This document shows positions 50,696-64,000 of a stretch of DNA of 64,000 bases, one piece after another. The position numbers and the translations under genes are program-made. The stretch covers positions 187,240,001 through 187,304,000 of the forward strand of contig OZ024742.1 of NCBI GenBank assembly GCA_964016885.1, read 5' to 3'. Below the pieces are notes generated by a model that was given only the letters and a program-made list of their open reading frames with translations, did no database searches and was not told the origin of the DNA. The DNA is from Eledone cirrhosa. Its lineage: Eukaryota. Position 1 is the first letter of the stretch. Each line of letters begins with the position of its first letter.

Positions 50696-50984
50696 TGATC
50701 ACATGCAGTCAAGAATTCATGCTGCCGATGTTTGAGACATCTATTATCATGTATCTTAGAATATTTTTTATATAACTTGATTTATCTAGAAACTCTTTAT
50801 TAGACATACTTGTCCTTTTTACACCAGAACGAGATTAACAGCAACAACAACAACAACAACAACAACAACATTGTATAGCTGTAAGATATGTTGTCAGCTA
50901 TACAGCAAGTTGTGGTAAAAGTTAAAACGACATCGTCAATAATGAAGCAGAAACCCGCCAACTACATTGGAAAGGTAGAGAATC

Positions 50985-51266
50985 ACATCAACAGCAACAG
51001 CAACAGCAATAACAACAGTAATAACAACCAAAGATAACAACAGCACTAACGATAACAACAACAGCGCCAGCAACAATAGAAGCAGCAACAACGACAACAA
51101 CAACAACAACAACAACAGCAACAACAACAACAACAAGAGTAGCAAAAGTAATAATAGCAACAGCAGCAACAACATTGATAACAGTAACAGTAACAACAAC
51201 AAGAACAACAATAACAAAAACAACAACAATAACAACAAGAGTAGCAACAATAATAATAACAACAGC

Positions 51267-51318
<52 letters not shown>

Positions 51319-54300
51319 GTATCAACAGTAATAATAACAACAGCAGCAACAACATCAATTACAATAACAGCCATAACAACAACAACAACGATAAGAACAA
51401 CAATAATCACAACAGCGACAGCAGTAAAAACAAAATGAACAAAAATAATTACAACAGCAGCAATAACAACAACATGAACAACAAAAACACAATGAATCAC
51501 ATTAATAACAGCAACAGTAACACTAACAACAATTATATAATAACAACAACAACAGCAGCAACAACAACAGTAACAACAACAACAGCAACAACAACAACAG
51601 TAACAATAACAACAGCAGCAACAACAATAACAATAACAATAATTACAATAACAACAACAGCAGCAATGATATGAACAACAACAACAACAACAACAACAAC
51701 AAAGCCAATCACAACAACACCAACAGCAACAGTCACAATAACAAAACCAATCACAACAACACCAACAACACCAATCACAATAACAACATCAATAACAACA
51801 ACACCAACAACAACAATCACTATAACAACATCAATAACAACAACAACAACAACAACAATCACAATAACAACATCAATAACAACACCTACAACACCAATCA
51901 CAATAACAACATCAATAACAACAACACCAACAACACCAATCACAATAACAACATCAATAACAACAAGACCAACAACACCAATCACAATAACAACATCAAT
52001 AACAACAACACCAACAACACCAATCACAATAACAACATCAACAACAAGAACACCAACAACAACAATCACATAACAACATCAATAACAACAACACCAACAA
52101 CAACAATCACAATAACAACATCAATAACAACAACACCAACAACAATCACAATAACAACATCAACAACAATAACACCAACAACAACAATCACAATAACAAC
52201 ATCAACAACAACAACACCAACAACAACAATCACAATAACAACATCAATAACAACAACACCTACAACAACAATCACAATAACAACATCAATAACAACAACA
52301 CCAACAACAACAACAAAAACACCAACAACAACAATCACAATAACAACAACGCCAACAACACCAATCACAATAACAACATCAATAACAACATCAATAACAA
52401 CACCAATCACAATAACAACATCAATAACAACAACACCAACAACACCAATTACAATAACAACATTAATAACAACAACACCAACAACAACAATCACAATAAC
52501 AACATCAACAACAACACCACCAACAACAACAACCACAATAATAACAACACCAACAACAATACCAACAACAACAACAACACAATCAACAACAACACCAACA
52601 ACAACAATCACAATAACAACATCAATAACAACAAGACCAACAACACCAATCATAATAACAACATCAACAACAACAACACCAACAACAACAATCACAATAA
52701 CAACATCAACAACAACAACACCAACAACACCAATCACAATAACAACATCAACAACAACAACAATCACAATAACAACATTAATAACAACAACACAACAACA
52801 ACAATTGCAATAAAAACATCAATAACAACACCAACAGCAACAATCACTATGATAACATCAATAACAACAGCACCAACAACAACAATCACAATAACAACAT
52901 CAACAACAACAACACCAACAACAACAATCACAATAACAACATCAACAACAACAACACCAGCAACCACAATCACAATAACAACATCAATAACAACAACACC
53001 AACAACCACAATCACAATAACAACATCAACAACAACAACACCAACAACACCAATCACAATAATAACATCAACAACAACAACACCAACAACACCAATCACA
53101 ATAACAACATCAATAACAACAACAACACCAACAATCACAATAACAACATCAATAACAACAACACCAACAACACCAATTACAATAACAACATCAATAACAA
53201 CACCAACAACAACAACACCAACAATCACAATAACAACATAAATAACAACAACACCAACATCCACAATCACAATAACAACATCAACAACAACAACACCAAC
53301 AACACCAATCACAATAACAACATCAACAACAACAACACCAACAACACCAATCACAATAACAACATCAATAACAACAACAACACCAATAATGACAATACCA
53401 ACATCAATAACAACAACACCAACAACACCAATTACAATAACAACATCATCAACAACAACAACAACAACAACAACACCAACAATCACAATAACACCATCAA
53501 TAACAACAACACCAACATCCACAATCACAATAACAACATCAACAACAACAACACCAACAACACCAATCACAATAAGAACATCAACAACAACAACACCAAC
53601 AACACCAATCACAATAACAACATTAATAACAACAACAACACCAACAATCACAATAACAACATCAACAACAACAACACCAACAACACCAATCACAATAACA
53701 ACATCAATAACAACAACAACACCAACAATCACAATAACAACATCAATAACAACAACACCAACAACACCAATCACACTAACAACATCAATAACAACAACAC
53801 CAACAACACCAATTACAATAACAACATCAATAACAACAACACCAACAACACCAATCACAATAACAACATCAATAACAACAACACCAACGACACCAATCAC
53901 AATAACAACATCAATAACAACAACACCAACAACACCAATCACAATAACAACATCAATAACAACAACAACAACGACAACAACAACAACAATCACAAAAACA
54001 ACATCAATAACAACAACACCAACAACAACAATCGCAATAACAACATCAATAACAACAACACCAACCACAACTATCACAATAACAACATCAACAACAATAA
54101 CACCAACAACACCAATCACAATAACAACATCAATAACAACACCAACAACACCAATCACAATAACAACATCAACAACAACAACACCAACAACAACAATCAC
54201 AATAACAACATCAATAACAACAACACCAACAACAACAATCACAATAACAACATCAATAACAACAATACCAACAACAATCACAATAACAACATCAATAACA

Positions 54301-54680
54301 ACAACACCAACAACACCAATCACAATAACAACATCAATAACAACAACACCAACAACACTAATCACAATAACAACATCAATAACAACAACACCAACGACAC
54401 CAATCACAATAACAACATCAATAACAACAACACCAACAACACCAATCACAATAACAACATCAATAACAACAACACCAACAACACCAACAACACCAACAAA
54501 ACCAATCACAATAACAACATCAATAACAACAACACCAACGACACCAATCACAATAACAACATCAATAACAACAACACCAACAACAACAATCGCAATAACA
54601 ACATCAATAACAACAACACTAACAACAACAATCACAATAATAACATCAATAACAACAACACCAACAACAACAATAGCAAT

Positions 54681-54711
<31 letters not shown>

Positions 54712-56438
54712 CCAATCACAATAACAACATCAACAACAACAACACCAACAACAACAATCACAATAACAACATCAATAACAACAACAACAACACCAATCAC
54801 AATAACAACATCAATAAGAACAACACCAACGACACCAATCACAATAACAACATCAATAACAACAACACCAACGACACCAATCACAATAACAACATCAATA
54901 ACAACAACACCAACAACAACAATCGCAATAACAACATCAACAACAACAACACCAACAACACCAGTCACAATAACAACACCAACAACAACAATCACAATAA
55001 CAACATCAATAACAGCACCAACAACACTAAACACAATAACAACATCAACAACAACACCAACAACACCTGTCACAACAACATCAACAACAACAATCACAAT
55101 AACAACATCAATAACAACAACACTAACAACACACACAATATCAACATCAATAACAACAACACCAACAACAACACCAAACACAATAACAACATCAACAACA
55201 ACAACACCAACAACACCAATCACAATAACAACATCAATAATACCGATACCAACAACAACAATCACAATAACAACATCAATAACAACAACACCAACAACCA
55301 CAATCACAATAACAACATCAATAACAACAACACCAACAACCACAATCACAATAACAACATCAACAACAACAACACCAACAACACCAATCACAATAACAAC
55401 ATCAACAACAACAACACCAACAACAACAATCACAATAGCAACATCAATAACAACAACACCAACAACACCAATCACAATAACAACATCAATAACAACAACA
55501 ACACCGACAATCACAATAACAACATCAATAACAACAACAACAAAAACAATCACAATAACAACATCAATAACAACAACACCAACAACAACAATCACAATAA
55601 CAACATCAACAACAACAACACCAACAACCACAATCACAATAACAACATCAATAACAACAGCACCAACAACAACAATCACAATAACAACATCAACAACAAC
55701 AACACCAACAACAACAATCACAATAACAACATCAACAACAACAACACCAACAACCACAATCACAATAACAACAACAATAACAACAACACCAACAACCACA
55801 ATCACAATAACAACATCAACAACAACAACACCAACAACACCAATCACAATAATAACATCAACAACAACAACACCAATCACAATAACAACATCAATAACAA
55901 CAACAACACCAACAATCACAATAACAACATCAATAACAACAACACCAACAACACCAATTACAATAACAACATCAATAACAACACCAACAACAACAACAAC
56001 ACCAACAATCACAATAACAACATAAATAACAACAACACCAACATCCACAATCACAATAACAACATCAACAACAACAACACCAACAACACCAATCACAATA
56101 ACAACATCAACAACAACGACACCAACAACACCAATCACAATAACAACATCAATAACAACAACAACACCAATAATGTCAATACCAACATCAATAACAACAA
56201 CACCAACAACACCAATTACAATAACAACATCATCAACAACAACAACAACAACGACAACACCAACAATCACAATAACACCATCAATAACAACAACACCAAC
56301 ATCCACAATCACAATAACAACATCAACAACAACAACACCAACAACACCAATCACAATAAGAACATCAACAACAACAACACCAACAACACCAATCACAATA
56401 ACAACATTAATAACAACAACAACACCAACAATCACAAT

Positions 56439-56469
<31 letters not shown>

Positions 56470-56737
56470 CCAATCACAATAACAACATCAATAACAACAA
56501 CAACACCAACAATCACAATAACAACATCAATAACAACAACACCAACAACACCAATCACACTAACAACATCAATAACAACAACACCAACAACACCAATTAC
56601 AATAACAACATCAATAACAACAACACCAACAACACAAATCACAATAACAACATCAATAACAACAACACCAACGACACCAATCACAATAACAACATCAATA
56701 ACAACAACACCAACAACACCAATCACAATAACAACAT

Positions 56738-56769
<32 letters not shown>

Positions 56770-58841
56770 ATCACAAAAACAACATCAATAACAACAACAA
56801 CAATGACAACAACAACAACAATCACAAAAACAACATCAATAACAACAACACCAACAACAACAATCGCAATAACAACATCAATAACAACAACACCAACCAC
56901 AACTATCACAATAACAACATCAACAACAATAACACCAACAACACCAATCACAATAACAACATCAACAACAACAACACCAACAACAACAATCACAATAACA
57001 ACATCAATAACAACAACACCAACAACAACAATCACAATAACAACATCAATAACAACAATACCAACAACACCAATCACAATAACAACATCAATAACAACAA
57101 CACCAATAACACCAATCACAATAACAACATCAATAACAACAACACCAACAACACCAATCACAATAACAACATCAATAACAACAACACCAACGACACCAAT
57201 CACAATAACAACATCAATAACAACAACACCAACAACACCAATCACAATAACAACATCAATAACAACAACACCAACAACACCAATCACAATAACAACATCA
57301 ATAACAACAACACCAACAACAACAATCGCAATAACAACATCAACAACAACAACACCAACAACACCAGTCACAATAACAACACCAACAACAACAATCACAA
57401 TAACAACATCAATAACAGCACCAACAACACTAAACACAATAACAACATCAACAACAACACCAACAACACCTGTCACAACAACATCAACAACAACAATCAC
57501 AATAACAACATCAATAACAACAACACTAACAACACACACAATATCAACATCAATAACAACAACACCAACAACAACACCAAACACAATAACAACATCAACA
57601 ACAACAACACCAACAACACCAATCACAATAACAACATCAATAATACCGATACCAACAACAACAATCACAATAACAACATCAATAACAACAACACCAACAA
57701 CCACAATCACAATAACAACATCAATAACAACAACACCAACAACCACAATCACAATAACAACATCAACAACAACAACACCAACAACACCAATCACAATAAC
57801 AACATCAACAACAACAACACCAACAACAACAATCACAATAGCAACATCAATAACAACAACACCAACAACACCAATCACAATAACAACATCAATAACAACA
57901 ACAACACCGACAATCACAATAACAACATCAATAACAACAACAACAAAAACAATCACAATAACAACATCAATAACAACAACACCAACAACAACAATCACAA
58001 TAACAACATCAACAACAACAACACCAACAACCACAATCACAATAACAACATCAATAACAACAGCACCAACAACAACAATCACAATAACAACATCAACAAC
58101 AACAACACCAACAACAACAATCACAATAACAACATCAACAACAACAACACCAACAACCACAATCACAATAACAACATCAATAACAACAACACCAACAACC
58201 ACAATCACAATAACAACATCAACAACAACAACACCAACAACACCAATCACAATAATAACATCAACAACAACAACACCAATCACAATAACAACATCAATAA
58301 CAACAACAACACCAACAATCACAATAACAACATCAATAACAACAACACCAACAACACCAATTACAATAACAACATCAATAACAACACCAACAACAACAAC
58401 AACACCAACAATCACAATAACAACATAAATAACAACAACACCAACATCCACAATCACAATAACAACATCAACAACAACAACACCAACAACACCAATCACA
58501 ATAACAACATCAACAACAACGACACCAACAACACCAATCACAATAACAACATCAATAACAACAACAACACCAATAATGTCAATACCAACATCAATAACAA
58601 CAACACCAACAACACCAATTACAATAACAACATCATCAACAACAACAACAACAACGACAACACCAACAATCACAATAACACCATCAATAACAACAACACC
58701 AACATCCACAATCACAATAACAACATCAACAACAACAACACCAACAACACCAATCACAATAAGAACATCAACAACAACAACACCAACAACACCAATCACA
58801 ATAACAACATTAATAACAACAACAACACCAACAATCACAAT

Positions 58842-58872
<31 letters not shown>

Positions 58873-59140
58873 CCAATCACAATAACAACATCAATAACAA
58901 CAACAACACCAACAATCACAATAACAACATCAATAACAACAACACCAACAACACCAATCACACTAACAACATCAATAACAACAACACCAACAACACCAAT
59001 TACAATAACAACATCAATAACAACAACACCAACAACACAAATCACAATAACAACATCAATAACAACAACACCAACGACACCAATCACAATAACAACATCA
59101 ATAACAACAACACCAACAACACCAATCACAATAACAACAT

Positions 59141-59172
<32 letters not shown>

Positions 59173-62100
59173 ACAATCACAAAAACAACATCAATAACAA
59201 CAACAACAATGACAACAACAACAACAATCACAAAAACAACATCAATAACAACAACACCAACAACAACAATCGCAATAACAACATCAATAACAACAACACC
59301 AACCACAACTATCACAATAACAACATCAACAACAATAACACCAACAACACCAATCACAATAACAACATCAACAACAACAACACCAACAACAACAATCACA
59401 ATAACAACATCAATAACAACAACACCAACAACAACAATCACAATAACAACATCAATAACAACAATACCAACAACACCAATCACAATAACAACATCAATAA
59501 CAACAACACCAATAACACCAATCACAATAACAACATCAATAACAACAACACCAACAACACCAATCACAATAACAACATCAATAACAACAACACCAACGAC
59601 ACCAATCACAATAACAACATCAATAACAACAACACCAACAACACCAATCACAATAACAACATCAATAACAACAACACCAACAACACCAACAACACCAACA
59701 AAACCAATCACAATAACAACATCAATAACAACAACACCAACGACACCAATCACAATAACAACATCAATAACAACAACACCAACAACAACAATCGCAATAA
59801 CAACATCAATAACAACAACACTAACAACAACAATCACAATAATAACATCAATAACAACAACACCAACAACAACAATAGCAATAACGACATCAACAACAAC
59901 AACAACAACAACACCAATCACAATAACAACATCAACAACAACAACACCAACAACAACAATCACAATAACAACATCAATAACAACAACAACAACACCAATC
60001 ACAATAACAACATCAATAACAACAACACCAACGACACCAATCACAATAAAAACATCAATAACAACAACACCAACGACACCAATCACAATAACAACATCAA
60101 TAACAACAACACCAACAACAACAATCGCAATAACAACATCCACAACAACAACACCAACAACACCAGTCACAATAACAACACCAACAACAACAATCACAAT
60201 AACAACATCAATAACAGCACCAACAACACTAAACACAATAACAACATCAACAACAACACCAACAACACCTGTCACAACAACAACACCAACAACAATCACA
60301 ATAACAACATCAATAACAACAACACTAACAACACACACAATATCAACATCAATAACAACAACACCAGCAACAACACCAAACACAATATCAAGATCAACAA
60401 CAACAACACCAACAACACCAATCACAATAACAACATCAATAATACCGATACAAACAACAACAATCAGAATAACAACATCAATAACAACAACACCAACAAC
60501 CACAATCACAATAACAACATCAACAACAACAACACCAACAACACCAATCACAATAACAACATCAACAACAACAACACCAACAACAACAATCACAATAGCA
60601 ACATTAATAACACCAATACCAACAACACCAATCACAATAACAACATCAATAACAACAACACCGACAATCACAATAACAACATCAATAACAACAACAACAA
60701 CAACAATCACAATAACAACATCAATAACAACAACACCAACAACAACAATCGCAATAAAAACACCAATAACAACCACACCAACAACAACTATCACAATAAC
60801 AACATTAACAACAACACCAACAACACCAATCACAATAACAACATCAATAACAACACCAACAACACCAATCACAATAACAACATCAACAACAACAACACCA
60901 ACAACAACAATCACAATAACAACATCAATAACAACAACACCAACAACAACAATCACAATAACAACATCAATAACAACAACACCAACAACACCAATCACAA
61001 TAACAACATCAATAACAACAACACCAACAACACCAATCACAATAACAACATCAATAACAACAACACCAACGACACCAATCACAATAACAACATCAATACC
61101 AACAACACCAACAACACCAATCACAATAACAACATCAATAACAACAACACCAACAACACCAACAACACCAACAACACCAATCACAATAACAACATCAATA
61201 ACAACAACACCAACGACACCAATCACAATAACAACATCAATAACAACAACACCAACAACACCAATCACAATAACAACATCAATAACAACAACACCAACAA
61301 CACCAACAACACCAACAAAACCAATCACAATAACAACATCAATAACAACAACACCAACGACACCAATCACAATAACAACATCAATAACAACAACACCAAC
61401 AACAACAATCGCAATAACAACATCAATAACAACAACACTAACAACAACAATCACAATAATAACATCAATAACAACAACACCAACAACAACAATAGCAATA
61501 ACGACATCAACAACAACAACAACAAAAACACCAATCACAATAACAACATCAACAACAACAACACCAACAACAACAATCACAATAACAACATCAATAACAA
61601 CAACAACAACACCAATCACAATAACAACATCAATAACAACAACACCAACGACACCAATCACAATAACAACATCAATAACAACAACACCAACGACACCAAT
61701 CACAATAACAACATCAATAACAACAACACCAACAACAACAATCGCAATAACAACATCAACAACAACAACACCAACAACACCAGTCACAATAACAACACCA
61801 ACAACAACAATCACAATAACAACATCAATAACAGCACCAACAACACTAAACACAATAACAACATCAACAACAACACCAACAACACCTGTCACAACAACAA
61901 CACCAACAACAATCACAATAACAACATCAATAACAACAACACTAACAACACACACAATATCAACATCAATAACAACAACACCAGCAACAACACCAAACAC
62001 AATATCAACATCAACAACAACAACACCAACAACACCAATCACAATGACAACATCAATAATACCGATACAAACAACAACAATCACAATAACAACATCAATA

Positions 62101-64000
62101 ACAACAACACCAACAACCACAATCACAATAACAACATCAATAACAACAACACCAACAACCACAATCACAATAACAACATCAACAACAACAACACCAACAA
62201 CACCAATCACAATAACAACATCAACAACAACAACACCAACAACAACAATCACAATAGCAACATCAATAACAACAATACCAACAACACCAATCACAATAAC
62301 AACATCAATAACAACAACACCGACAATCACAATAACAACATCAATAACAACAACAACAACAACAATCACAATAACAACATCAATAACAACAACACCAACA
62401 ACAACAATCGCAATAAAAACACCAATAACAACCACACCAACAACAACTATCACAATAACAACATCAACAACAACACCAACAACACCAATCACAATAACAA
62501 CATCAATAACAACACCAACAACACCAATCACAATAACAACATCAACAACAACAACACCAACAACAACAATCACAATAACAACATCAATAACAACAACACC
62601 AACAACAACAATCACAATAACAACATCAATAACAACAACACCAACAACACCAATCACAATAACAACATCAATAACAACAACACCAACAACACCAATCACA
62701 ATAACAACATCAATAACAACAACACCAACGACACCAATCACAATAACAACATCAATACCAACAACACCAACAACACCAATCACAATAACAACATCAATAA
62801 CAACAACACCAACAACACCAACAACACCAACAACACCAATCACAATAACGACATCAATAACAACAACACCAACGACACCAATCACAATAACAAAATCAAT
62901 AACAACAACACCAACAACAACAATCGCAATAACAACATCAATAACAACAACACCAACAACAACAATCACAATAATAACATCAATAACAACAACACCAACA
63001 ACACCAATCACAATAACAACATCAACAACAACAACAACACCAACAACAACAATCGCAATAACAACATCAACAACAACAACACCAACAACAACACCAAACT
63101 CAATAACAACATCAACAACAACAACACCAACAACACCAGTCACAATAACAACAACACCAACAACACCAATTACAATAACAACATCAATAACAACAACATC
63201 AACAACACCAATTACGATAACAACATCAATAACAACAACACCAATAACACCAGTCACAATAACAACATCAACAACAATCACAATAACAACATCAATAACA
63301 ACAACACCAACAACACCAGTCACAACAACAACACTACCAACAATCACAATAACAACATCAATAACAACAACACTAACAACACACACAATATCAACATCAA
63401 TAACAACAACACCAACAACAACACCAAACACAATAACAACATCAACAACAACAACAACAGCAATCACAATAACAACATCAATAACCCCAATACCAACAAC
63501 AACAATCACAATAACAACATCAATAACAACAACACCAACAACCACAATCACAATAACAACATCAACAACAACAACACCAACAACACCAATCACAATAACA
63601 ACATCAATAACAACAACACCAACAACCACAATCACAATAACAACATCAATAACAACAACACCAACAACCACAATCACAATAACAACATCAACACCAACAA
63701 CACCAACAACACCAATCACAATAACAACATCAATAACAACAACAACACCAACAATCACAATAACAACATCAATAACAACAACACCAACAACAACAATCAC
63801 AATAACAACATCATCAACAACAACACCAACAACACCAATCACAATAACAACATCAATAACAACAACACCAACAACACCAATCACAATAACAACATCAACA
63901 ACAACAACACCAACAACAACAATCACAATAACAACATCAACAACAACAACACCAACAATCTCAATAACAACATCAATAACAACAACACCAACAATACCAA
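50985..64000 (+). repeat. >13-kb (ACA)-derived satellite: ~42-bp unit (TTPTTPITITTSIT-like) with kb-scale higher-order repeats; runs off the window end
   Basis: Unit ACAACACCAACAACACCAATCACAATAACAACATCAATAACA. The diagnostic variant GCACCAACAACACTAAAC occurs at 55015, 57418, 60217 and 61834. A TCA>TAA variant occurs at 53239, 56023 and 58426. Confidence 0.95.

Noticed and set aside
52764-63926. 3720-aa V/I/G/D ORF on the minus strand
   Set aside because: It is the antisense shadow of the (ACA)-derived satellite. In the GTT frame stop codons need two or more substitutions and indels are multiples of 3, so a long open frame is expected without selection.

Overview
Eukaryotic, repeat-saturated, essentially gene-free window. 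An invertebrate genome, most likely a cephalopod (Octopus-type), is inferred from the tRNA-SINE families and the very high (AT)n/(CA)n load. No intact host gene is recognisable. Mobile elements present: (i) Helitron fragments, one abutting a CRE-clade RLE retrotransposon fragment; (ii) two decayed Penelope-like elements (RT + GIY-YIG); (iii) two tandem Tx1/L1-clade LINEs sitting in (ATT)n; (iv) a nearly full-length R4/Dong-type RLE LINE sitting in (CATA)n; (v) many tRNA-SINEs and MITEs; (vi) an intron-bearing tRNA-Met-like pseudogene; (vii) a >13 kb (ACA)-derived Thr-coding-like satellite with higher-order repeats. The most notable signal is a dense set of about 10 minimal type-I hammerhead ribozyme motifs in several distinct short non-coding repeat families, arranged as tandem or inverted units inside (AT)n tracts. 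They include a 321-nt cleavage-site-to-cleavage-site 'retrozyme' monomer, two independent families with the compensatory U3-A8 core (UUGANAA), an AUA-cleaving pair in a 330-bp palindrome, and motifs sharing a long stem-II insert. All calls are from reading by eye; no searches or folding were run.
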